Positions 55,756-64,000 of a stretch of DNA of 64,000 nucleotides are shown one piece after another. The notes under the pieces were generated by a model that did no database searches, was not told where the DNA came from, and saw only the letters and a program-made list of their open reading frames with translations. Positions within the stretch are counted from its first letter, which is position 1, and each line of letters starts with the position of its first letter. The position numbers were made by a program, and so were the translations under genes. Source of the DNA: Gemmatimonadota bacterium (GTDB taxonomy: Bacteria > Gemmatimonadota > Gemmatimonadetes > Gemmatimonadales > GWC2-71-9); NCBI GenBank assembly GCA_039586365.1, contig JBDHKN010000006.1, forward strand, positions 64,001 to 128,000, written 5' to 3'.

Positions 55756-58251
55756 ATGGGCATTTCCGCCGAATCCGACAACGTGGCAGGTCTGAGGCTT
55801 TCTGAGAACGCAATCACCGTACTGCAGCGCCGCTATCTGATAAAAGATGAGGCGGGGAATCCGGTCGAGAGCCCCAGAGACCTTTTTTGGCGTGTGGCCC
55901 GAACAATAGCTGCTGCGGACGCCAAGTACGGAGCCAGCGAGGGCGCCGTAGAGGCGCTGGCGGAGACGTTTTTCGAGCTAATGGCCACTCGTGTCTGGAT
56001 GCCAAACAGCCCGACGCTGATGAACGCTGGACGTCCGCTGGGTCAGCTGTCGGCCTGCTTCGTATTGCCTGTTGAGGATGCCCTGTCCGATGGCGAGAGC
56101 GGGATCTACGACACGCTCCGTAACATGGCACTCGTACACCAGTCAGGTGGAGGAACGGGGTTCGGATTTTCCAACCTGCGGCCCAACCGCGACGTGGTGC
56201 GTTCTACCATGGGTGTGGCGTCAGGACCAGTGTCGTTCATGTCATTGTACGACGCGTCGACGGAAGTGGTGAAGCAGGGCGGGACCCGCCGTGGAGCGAA
56301 TATGGGCATTCTCCGGGTGGATCACCCGGACATCCTGGACTTCATCACCTGTAAGGACGACACCACCAAGATCACCAACTTCAACATCTCAGTTGCAGTC
56401 ACAGACGAGTTCATGGAGGCCGTTCGCGAGGGCGGGATCTACGATTTGATACATCCTCGAAGTCGTAAGGTGGTGGGCCAGTTGAATGCTCGCGATGTCT
56501 TCGACAAGATTGTCCACGGAGCCTGGAAGACGGGTGAGCCGGGTGTCTTTTTCATCGATGAGGCGAACCGATACAACCCTGTGCCACACCTGGGAAGCTA
56601 CGAAGCGACCAACCCGTGCGGTGAGCAACCCCTGCTGGCGTACGACGTGTGCAACTTGGGCTCCATCAACGTGGGTCAGTTCGTCCAGAACGGTGAGGTT
56701 GACTGGGAGGGTTTGAGGCGTGCCGTGCATCTCTGTACCCATTTCTTGGACAACGTAATCGACGCCAACAAATACCCGCTGCCACAGATCACCAACTTGG
56801 CAAATCGGATTCGCCGGGTAGGGTTGGGCATCATGGGTTGGGCCGATTTCCTGGTGCGGCTCGGTGTCCCCTACAACTCGGACGAGGCCATCGATTGGGC
56901 TCGCAAGCTCATGAGCTTCGTGGATGAAGAGGCCAAGGTTGAGAGTGAGCGACTGGCCTCACAACGGGGCGTTTTCCCTGAATGGAAGCAGAGTACCTGG
57001 GGCCCAGATGAGAGCTGCGCCCGTGACGCTAGCGGGAGTCGCATCCGGCCGATGCGCCGATTGCGTAACTGTAATCTCACGACCGTAGCTCCAACCGGTA
57101 CGATATCGATAATTGCGGGCTGTTCTTCGGGGATTGAACCGCTGTTCGCGGTAGCGTTCATGCGCAATCAAGCGGGCACGCTCATGCCCGATGTCAACGA
57201 CGACTTCGTGGCCATTGCTAAGTCCGAGGGTTGGCACTCGGAAGAGTTGATTCAGAAGATCGCCGAAGAGGGTCACATCCATTTCGACGAGGTGCCTGAA
57301 GTCTGGCGACGGGTATTCGTAACCGCGCACGATGTCACACCTGAGTGCCACATACGAACCCAGGCAGCGTTCCAGGAGTTCACTGACAGCGCTATCAGCA
57401 AGACGTGCAATTTCCCCAATGACGCCACGGAGGAGTACGTCCGCCAGATCTATGAATTGGCGCACGATCTCAAGTGCAAGGGTGTCACCGTCTACCGCGA
57501 CGGGAGTCGCCAGATGCAGGTCCTGTCAGCAGGGACAACTGCCAAGAAAGTGAAGCAACAGAAAGGGGATTCACCCCGAGGGCACCGGCCAGCAGATGAA
57601 GTTCCCGAACTGAAAGCAACAATTGCGGAGCTCGAGTCAGAACTGGCCCGGACCAAGAAGCAGCTGCACGAAGTGGAAGCTGAGAACCTACAGCGCCGGG
57701 CCAAGCGGTCGCGTCCCGAACTGCTGAAGGGATCTACTCGCAGAGTCGACACACCGCTCGGAACGCTCTACGTCACCATTACAGAAGACGAAAAGGGCCA
57801 GCCCTTCGAGATGTTCATGTCGCTCGGCAAGGCAGGTGGCGCCCTCATGGCTGACGTTGAGGCCGTAGGTCGGCTCATTTCGTTGGCACTCCGTTCTGGT
57901 ATCCCAATCAGCGAGATTCACCGACAGTTGCGCGGCATCTCTTCTGATCGCGTCACAGGTCTCGGTCCCAACAAGGTTCTGTCCGTGCCCGACGCCATAG
58001 GCATAGCGATGGAAAAGTGGATGCAAGACAAACAGGGGATTCAGCAGGATCTGCTGGACTCTGTCCAAGACAACGACACAGTCGCGCCGGTCAGGCGGCA
58101 GACCGTGGCAGGGACCCAGGGTGAGATGTTCCAGTACGAGTCTCACAGGGCGATGCAGTTCGCCGGTGCCTGTCCCGATTGTGGTTCGCAGCTCGAGTTC
58201 GCAGAAGGGTGCGTGAAATGTCATGTGTGTGGTTACAGCGAGTGCGGCTAG
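55756..58251 (+). CDS. nrdJ: Class II (B12-dependent) ribonucleotide reductase with C-terminal TSCPD/Zn domain
   Basis: PNSPTLMNAG, LSACFV, TNPCGEQPL, CNLGS, APTGTIS, KGVTVYRDGSR, CPDC...CHVCGYSEC. Confidence 0.96.
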   Translation: MGISAESDNVAGLRLSENAITVLQRRYLIKDEAGNPVESPRDLFWRVARTIAAADAKYGASEGAVEALAETFFELMATRVWMPNSPTLMNAGRPLGQLSACFVLPVEDALSDGESGIYDTLRNMALVHQSGGGTGFGFSNLRPNRDVVRSTMGVASGPVSFMSLYDASTEVVKQGGTRRGANMGILRVDHPDILDFITCKDDTTKITNFNISVAVTDEFMEAVREGGIYDLIHPRSRKVVGQLNARDVFDKIVHGAWKTGEPGVFFIDEANRYNPVPHLGSYEATNPCGEQPLLAYDVCNLGSINVGQFVQNGEVDWEGLRRAVHLCTHFLDNVIDANKYPLPQITNLANRIRRVGLGIMGWADFLVRLGVPYNSDEAIDWARKLMSFVDEEAKVESERLASQRGVFPEWKQSTWGPDESCARDASGSRIRPMRRLRNCNLTTVAPTGTISIIAGCSSGIEPLFAVAFMRNQAGTLMPDVNDDFVAIAKSEGWHSEELIQKIAEEGHIHFDEVPEVWRRVFVTAHDVTPECHIRTQAAFQEFTDSAISKTCNFPNDATEEYVRQIYELAHDLKCKGVTVYRDGSRQMQVLSAGTTAKKVKQQKGDSPRGHRPADEVPELKATIAELESELARTKKQLHEVEAENLQRRAKRSRPELLKGSTRRVDTPLGTLYVTITEDEKGQPFEMFMSLGKAGGALMADVEAVGRLISLALRSGIPISEIHRQLRGISSDRVTGLGPNKVLSVPDAIGIAMEKWMQDKQGIQQDLLDSVQDNDTVAPVRRQTVAGTQGEMFQYESHRAMQFAGACPDCGSQLEFAEGCVKCHVCGYSECG

Positions 58252-58287
58252 CTTGAACTGATCAGATCTGCCGTTGCTGGAAGAACT

Positions 58288-58317
58288 CAGGGGCGTCCTC
58301 TACGGCGGACGCCCCTG
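58288..58317. terminator. Hairpin terminator after nrdJ
   Basis: 11-bp inverted repeat CAGGGGCGTCC/GGACGCCCCTG between convergent genes. Confidence 0.7.
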
Positions 58318-58426
58318 CTTGGTATGGACTACAGTTCGCCGAACGTGGCCTGCACAGGACCTCAACTCTTGGCGTTTCGTTTCCTACCTTCTCGTACCGC
58401 CTCCTGCCGGCCGGGGGAGACGGGTT

Positions 58427-59452
58427 TCAGGCCGCCGTTTCCAACTGCTCTGAGTACTTACCGTAACGAGCAGCACCAACGCACTTGGCACGGTGCAGAT
58501 ACGCTGCCTGTCCTGCCGTAACGTTCGCCTCGTTTCCACCCCATGCCTCGATGGCCTCTTGCTGGAGAGCCCGGCCGTATGAGAAGCTCAACTGCCAAGG
58601 ATGATCACCCATGGCATTCATGGCATTCAGATGCTGGGTAGACAGCTTCGGGCTCTGGCCTCCGGAGAGGAAGACGATACCCGGTACCGACGCTGGTACC
58701 GTCCGGCGTAGACAGCGCACCGTCGCGGCGGCAACCTCATCAACACCCGCCTGTTCCGAACAGCCCTTTCCGGAAATCACCATGTTGGGCTTCAGTATCA
58801 TTCCCTCCAACGCCACACGATGCGCCTGAAGGTGGAAGAAGACGTGGTTCAGTGTAGTCTCAGTCACCCGCTCACAACGCTCAATGCTATGCTCTCCATC
58901 CATGAGCACCTCTGGTTCCACTATCGGTACCAATCCTGCCTCTTGGGAGAGAGCAGCGTAGCGCGCCAGAGCATGTGCGTTGGCATCGATACAGAATGCC
59001 GTCGGAATGGTGTGGCCAATGGTGATCACCGCCCGCCACTTCGTGAATCGCGCACCCAACCCATAGTACTCTTTCAAGCGGTCACGGAGACCGTCCAGAC
59101 CTTCCGTTATCTTCTCATCCGGAAAGCCGGCAAGGGGTTTGGCACCACAATCGACCTTGATACCGGGAATCGTGCCCACTCCGGCCAGCAGTTCTGGGAA
59201 CGGTGTCCCGTCCGTGGCTCTATGCCTGAGGGTCTCGTCGAACATTATCACGCCGCTTATATAATCATCGACGCTTGGAGTGGTGAACAGCAGTTCGCGG
59301 TAGGCGCGACGGTTCTCTTCCGTCGACTCCAGATTGATGCCAGCAAAGCGCTTCTTGATAGTGGGGAAGCTCTCGTCGGCGGCAAGGATGCCCTTGCCCT
59401 CCGCCACCATCGCCTGGGCTACAGATTCGAGTTCTCTATTCGCCATAAGCAC
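58427..59452 (-). CDS. Fructose-bisphosphate aldolase class I (eukaryote-like type)
   Basis: GKGILAADES, GIKVD, KWRAV, VPIVEPEV, LKPNMV, FLSGGQ, FSYGRALQ. Confidence 0.96.
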   Translation of the reverse strand: MLMANRELESVAQAMVAEGKGILAADESFPTIKKRFAGINLESTEENRRAYRELLFTTPSVDDYISGVIMFDETLRHRATDGTPFPELLAGVGTIPGIKVDCGAKPLAGFPDEKITEGLDGLRDRLKEYYGLGARFTKWRAVITIGHTIPTAFCIDANAHALARYAALSQEAGLVPIVEPEVLMDGEHSIERCERVTETTLNHVFFHLQAHRVALEGMILKPNMVISGKGCSEQAGVDEVAAATVRCLRRTVPASVPGIVFLSGGQSPKLSTQHLNAMNAMGDHPWQLSFSYGRALQQEAIEAWGGNEANVTAGQAAYLHRAKCVGAARYGKYSEQLETAA

Positions 59453-59705
59453 TACACCTCTTCTGAGCCAGTATTCACACTTATAAACTGACCCGTCACT
59501 ATGAAGGTTACGAGATCAAGCGCTGCGGGTATCGGTCTCAGCACCCGATGGGGAAATCCGGTGCGTCGCGAACCCGTGATTGCGACATGGAGCGAAGATA
59601 TCCGATTGTGGTAGAATCTGCTACCGAACAAAGTTATGAATATCGCGCCACACCGCAGACGTTCTTATATTGCCAGTGAAGAAACAGGATCGGAGGTCTG
59701 AGCCG

Positions 59706-60068
59706 ATGTCTCCCAGCCGATGGGCGCGCGTATCGCGTGGTGAAGCACACGGGTTGAGACGAGGCGCATGGTACCCGGTGGTCAGCGAATCCAACTCGGT
59801 GCTCGTTATCCTGGACGTCAACAAGTCCAACAGGCCTGTAAATCGGACCAACTTGGAGTTCAGTGACGAGAAGCCGGCCCAGTGGAGTGTCGTGCGACGG
59901 GCCCCGGATCGAGAGGCTGCCCGGCGAGCAGCCGAAGCATCCCTGGGTCCGGTGTACGGTGTTTGTCCCAATTGCCGTGCCCGAACTGTCTTGAACGGCC
60001 GAGAGGAGCGCTTCACGTGCCCAGAGTGCCAATCGGAGTTTCCCGTCGACTGGGATAGTCCCTGCTGA
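59706..60068 (+). CDS. Hypothetical protein with C-terminal Zn ribbon
   Basis: GGAGG RBS before ATG 59706; CPNC...CPEC. Confidence 0.65.
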   Translation: MSPSRWARVSRGEAHGLRRGAWYPVVSESNSVLVILDVNKSNRPVNRTNLEFSDEKPAQWSVVRRAPDREAARRAAEASLGPVYGVCPNCRARTVLNGREERFTCPECQSEFPVDWDSPC

Positions 60069-60212
60069 CCCCACTCGGTTATCGCCACCTCCAGATATGA
60101 GAAGGGGCGAACAGTCGGTACGGCGGTACGCCACCGGACAACCGTCGTCCCTCCCACCCGCAGTTCTGCCATGCGACACTGCCTGTAGCAGCAAGGACTA
60201 TATTTCGCTTCT

Positions 60213-61442
60213 ATGCCTGCAATAATCCGGCGCGGGACAGTGACAACGTTGGTAGGTGACGTGCCAGTCGGTTCCTCACATCCAATAGTTGTGCAGTCCA
60301 TGACAAACACTGATACGGCGGATGCTGCCGCGACTGCGGCACAGGCGGCCGAGTTGGCTCGAGCCGGTAGCGAGTTGGTTCGCGTGACAGTGAATAGCGA
60401 CGCGGCCGCCAAGTGTGTCTCGGAAGTAGTGGACCGACTCGCCGACCAGGGAGTCTCAGTGCCGATCGTCGGTGACTTCCACTATAACGGGCATCTACTG
60501 TTGAAGAAGCACGGTGAATGTGCTCGGGTGTTGGCGAAGTACCGGGTAAACCCAGGCAACGTGGGGGGCAAGCGAAGAGACGAGAATTTCAGCACAATCA
60601 TCAAGGTCGCCATCGACAACGACAAGCCAATACGGATCGGCGTCAACTGGGGTTCGCTCGATAAGATTCTGCTTACGGAACTCATGGACGCGAACGCCAG
60701 GCGAGCGGAGCCCCTCGATGCCCGCGAGGTCATGTTGGGTGCCATGCTTGAGAGCGCCAAACGCTCGGCTGAATTGGCTGAGGAGATTGGGCTGCGGCAC
60801 GACAGGATTGTGCTCTCAGCGAAGATGTCTCAAGTGCAAGACCTGGTCGATGTATACCATCTGCTCGCGCCGGCCTCCGACTATCCGCTTCATCTAGGTC
60901 TCACCGAGGCTGGCATGGGATCCAAGGGGATCGTCGGTAGCGCTACCGGGCTGGCGATTCTGCTCCAGCAGGGTATCGGTGACACGATAAGGGTGTCCCT
61001 GACGCCGCCACCTGGAGGAGACCGAACCGAGGAGGTTCTGATAGCTCAGCAGGTGCTGCAGTCACTAGGGCTGCGAAGTTTCACACCTGAGGTGACTGCA
61101 TGTCCTGGATGTGGACGCACGACCAGCACCTTTTTCCAGGACATGGCCGACCAGATACAGACGTATCTCCGGAAGCAGATGCCAATCTGGAGGGGACTAT
61201 ATCCTGGTGTGGCTCGGATGCGAGTGGCGGTAATGGGTTGTGTTGTTAACGGACCTGGTGAGTCAAAGCACGCTAACATCGGGATATCCCTACCGGGCAG
61301 TTTCGAGGAACCGAAGGCACCCGTTTACGTGGACGGCGAACTGCGCACGACCCTGAAGGGCGAACGCATTGTGGAAGAATTCATCGGAATGCTGAACGAA
61401 TATGTCGACCGGACCTACGGGTCCGGAGAGCCAGAATCCTGA
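60213..61442 (+). CDS. ispG: (E)-4-hydroxy-3-methylbut-2-enyl-diphosphate synthase
   Basis: [54 protein letters not shown]. Confidence 0.97.
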   Translation: MPAIIRRGTVTTLVGDVPVGSSHPIVVQSMTNTDTADAAATAAQAAELARAGSELVRVTVNSDAAAKCVSEVVDRLADQGVSVPIVGDFHYNGHLLLKKHGECARVLAKYRVNPGNVGGKRRDENFSTIIKVAIDNDKPIRIGVNWGSLDKILLTELMDANARRAEPLDAREVMLGAMLESAKRSAELAEEIGLRHDRIVLSAKMSQVQDLVDVYHLLAPASDYPLHLGLTEAGMGSKGIVGSATGLAILLQQGIGDTIRVSLTPPPGGDRTEEVLIAQQVLQSLGLRSFTPEVTACPGCGRTTSTFFQDMADQIQTYLRKQMPIWRGLYPGVARMRVAVMGCVVNGPGESKHANIGISLPGSFEEPKAPVYVDGELRTTLKGERIVEEFIGMLNEYVDRTYGSGEPES

Positions 61443-61531
61443 CCGCACGTGGTTTTCAACCTTTGTTGATACAGTTGTGGACAACGTGTGGATTACACGA
61501 GATGATCGCACAGAGTAGGGATTGAGGTATC

Positions 61532-62296
61532 GTGTCGGACGAGCTTGATCTGGTGGTCGAAGCGCTGTCAGGTGCCAGTCGTCTTGTCATTCTCACGGGA
61601 GCCGGTATGTCCAGAGACTCCGGGATGCCCACGTTTCGAGAAGCGCAGACGGGGTTGTGGGCGAAGTACGACCCGCAGCAGCTGGCGACTCCCTCAGCCT
61701 TTGCGACGAACCCTGCCCGGGTCTTTGGCTGGTATGTGTGGCGCTACCAAAAGGCTCTGAGCCTTGTGCCACATGCCGGATACGGTGCCCTAGTGCGACT
61801 GGAGAGCGCGTTCGATGAGGTGCTGGTGGTTACTCAGAACGTCGACGGGTTCCACACCAGGGCTGGCAGCAGCGACGTCGTGGAATTGCACGGTTCGCTG
61901 CGCGCATTTCGCTGCTTCAAACAGGGGCATCCGTATGACGACGAACTGGTCGGTCGGCTGTCGGTCCCTGCGTCGGGCGAAGTGAGCCCTCCGATCTGTC
62001 CCCACTGCGGCAGCTCGATCCGTCCCGGTGTAGTCTGGTTTGGTGAGTCTCTTCCTGACGCCGCTGTGAGACGTGCCTGGGCAGCCGCGGAGGTTTGTGA
62101 CGCCATGTTGGTCGTGGGGACCTCCGGTTTGGTTTACCCTGCTGCCGGACTTCCCGATTCGGCACTGCTGAAGCGAAGCCCGGTTGTCGAGGTGAATCCA
62201 GATCCGACACCACTATCCGACAGGGCTGATGTGTGGTGGCAGGCACGGGCAGCGGTTGCGTTACCGCAACTCGCCGACCGGCTAGCTCCTCTGTAG
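61532..62296 (+). CDS. cobB: NAD-dependent protein deacylase (sirtuin)
   Basis: TGAGMS..SG.PTFR, TQNVDG.H, ELHGS, RPGVVWFGE, GTSG.VYPAA. Confidence 0.95.
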   Translation: MSDELDLVVEALSGASRLVILTGAGMSRDSGMPTFREAQTGLWAKYDPQQLATPSAFATNPARVFGWYVWRYQKALSLVPHAGYGALVRLESAFDEVLVVTQNVDGFHTRAGSSDVVELHGSLRAFRCFKQGHPYDDELVGRLSVPASGEVSPPICPHCGSSIRPGVVWFGESLPDAAVRRAWAAAEVCDAMLVVGTSGLVYPAAGLPDSALLKRSPVVEVNPDPTPLSDRADVWWQARAAVALPQLADRLAPL

Positions 62297-62305
62297 CACC
62301 GCTCA

Positions 62306-63736
62306 ATGAGATACGATCCGCGGCTGCGCCGCACCAAAGTTGTCGCTACGCTTGGTCCAGCATCGTCTGACGCAGAGACGTTGAGCGCAATGTTTTCGGC
62401 GGGAGTGGACGTGGTGCGGGTCAACAGCGCCCACGGTACACCTGAGAGCAGGTCGCAGTTGATGGAACTGGTACGACGCCTGCGACACCGACTCAACAGG
62501 CATGTTGCCGTTCTCGTCGATCTGCAAGGGCCTCGTATCCGAGTGGGCGCACTCGACCAGGCGCGTGAGCTGCCAGTCGGTGCCGAAGTCGTGCTGGCGC
62601 CTGAAGTGGTCGCATCAGGGGTAGAGCTACCCACCACATACGAGGCTCTGGCTCGGGACGTCAAACCAGGATCACGCATCTTGCTGGACGACGGTCTGTT
62701 GGTACTCGAGACCACTGCAGTCGACGGCCCGCTCGTGCGCGCTGTAGTGCGGCATGGTGGTTTCATCAAGAGCAACAAGGGAATCAACCTACCGGACGAT
62801 CACATAAGTGCTCCCGCGCTGACAGCGAAAGATCGGAGAGAGATTGAGTTGGCACTGGCTCACGAGGTGGACTTCATTGGTGTCTCCTTCGTGTCCAAAG
62901 CGGAGGACGTCGAGGGAGTCCGTTCGCTGGTGGGCACCTCAGCCCGTGTAGTGTCCAAGATTGAGCGACCGGCCGCGTTGGAGGATCTCGAGCGGATATT
63001 GCAGGCATCGGATGCCCTAATGGTTGCCCGTGGTGATCTGGGGGTGGAGTTGCCTTTCGAGGAAGTGCCCCTCACGCAGAAGCATGTGATCTCCCGGGCC
63101 ATTGGCCACGGAAAACCAGTCATAACGGCTACTCAGATGCTCGAGTCGATGATCAATAATCCACGGCCGACCCGCGCTGAGGCCTCGGACGTAGCCAATG
63201 CCATTCTCGACGGTACTGACGCGGTGATGCTGTCGGGTGAGACGGCTGTGGGGTCGTATCCAGTGGCTGCTGTGCAGGCGATGGTGCGCATCATCCAGGA
63301 GATTGAACAGGCGGTCGTGCGAGATCGCGTGCCACGCCGGCGCCGGGAGGATTTCACGGGCCACAAGCGCCCGGGACAGGTCGAGGACGCAGTTGCGTCG
63401 GCCGCCGCCGCAGCGGCTGAGATGCTCGAAGTGCCGCTTATACTGTGTATCACACAGAGTGGCTTCACAGCCAGGAAGATCGCGGCCAATCGGCCGCCTA
63501 CTCCCACAGTCGGACTGTCAACGGCGTGGAAGACTTGTCGTTACCTATCGCTGGTATGGGGTGTGACACCGCTCTATTCGAATGAGGTACCGAACTACGA
63601 GGCCATGTTGGGTGTTGCGCGTGAGGCGCTTCTCGAGCACGGTTACGCGTCGATCGGCGACAGGATAGTAGTGACCGCGGGGATTCCTTTCGAAGTACCA
63701 GGTACCACCAACCTGATCAAAGTAGAGACAGTCTAG
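62306..63736 (+). CDS. pyk: Pyruvate kinase
   Basis: RRTKVVATLGP, DLQGP.IR, SKIE, MVARGDLG, ATQMLESM, MLSGET. Confidence 0.97.
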   Translation: MRYDPRLRRTKVVATLGPASSDAETLSAMFSAGVDVVRVNSAHGTPESRSQLMELVRRLRHRLNRHVAVLVDLQGPRIRVGALDQARELPVGAEVVLAPEVVASGVELPTTYEALARDVKPGSRILLDDGLLVLETTAVDGPLVRAVVRHGGFIKSNKGINLPDDHISAPALTAKDRREIELALAHEVDFIGVSFVSKAEDVEGVRSLVGTSARVVSKIERPAALEDLERILQASDALMVARGDLGVELPFEEVPLTQKHVISRAIGHGKPVITATQMLESMINNPRPTRAEASDVANAILDGTDAVMLSGETAVGSYPVAAVQAMVRIIQEIEQAVVRDRVPRRRREDFTGHKRPGQVEDAVASAAAAAAEMLEVPLILCITQSGFTARKIAANRPPTPTVGLSTAWKTCRYLSLVWGVTPLYSNEVPNYEAMLGVAREALLEHGYASIGDRIVVTAGIPFEVPGTTNLIKVETV

Positions 63737-63737
63737 C

Positions 63738-64000
63738 GTGCAGCTGACGGTACTGGGCTGTGGCACATCATTCGGGGTGCCTGTGATCGGCTGTCGCTGC
63801 CGAGTCTGTTTATCCGCTGATCCCCGAGATGCAAGGACTCGGGTAGCTGCAGTGGTGCAAGGGTCGGCGGGCACACGCATACTGATCGACACGCCACCAG
63901 AACTCAGGCTCCAACTCGTTCGTGCTCGCATCGACACGATCGATGCGGTTCTCTACACACACGATCACGCAGATCACATACATGGGATAGACGATCTGAG
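63738..64000 (+). CDS. PhnP-like metallo-beta-lactamase-fold phosphodiesterase, truncated by the window edge
   Basis: Own translation from GTG 63738: LGCGTSFGVPVIGCRCRVC...LIDTPPELR...YTHDHADHIHGIDDL. Confidence 0.9.
   Translation, partial: MQLTVLGCGTSFGVPVIGCRCRVCLSADPRDARTRVAAVVQGSAGTRILIDTPPELRLQLVRARIDTIDAVLYTHDHADHIHGIDDL

Overview
Bacterial, roughly 60% GC by eye, gene-dense window. I saw no rRNA, tRNA, CRISPR array or transposase. It has two halves. (1) 1-33.9 kb is an anaerobic sulfur-respiration-type region. It holds tetrapyrrole/siroheme-pathway genes (hemA-like fragment, cbiX, cobA-hemD), a DVU0298-like protein, a putative sulfate exporter, adk, a membrane pyrophosphatase, and an ATPase-less metal importer headed by a RAPP-motif leader peptide. 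It also holds three paralogous modules of a NarI-like b-cytochrome plus a DsrK/HmcF-like Fe-S protein, each with its own Cys-rich sensor/regulator. (2) 34.2-64 kb is mostly housekeeping (priA, pdaD-speB, ccdA, murQ, FHA/Ser-Thr kinase/PP2C cluster, amidase, nrdJ, aldolase, ispG, cobB, pyk). Its gene style suggests Gemmatimonadota (inference only). The best candidate for an undescribed system is phosphorylation control wired directly into membrane electron-transfer complexes. One operon encodes a degenerate macrodomain, a NarI-like anchor, a DsrK/HmcF-like enzyme fused to an intact receiver domain, a soluble Cys-PAS histidine kinase and a stand-alone receiver. A sister sigma54-driven Hmc-like operon carries an NrfD protein fused to a six-heme c cytochrome and ends in a paralogous kinase plus two receivers, none with a DNA-binding domain. 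All family assignments are from motif recognition by eye; no database searches were run.
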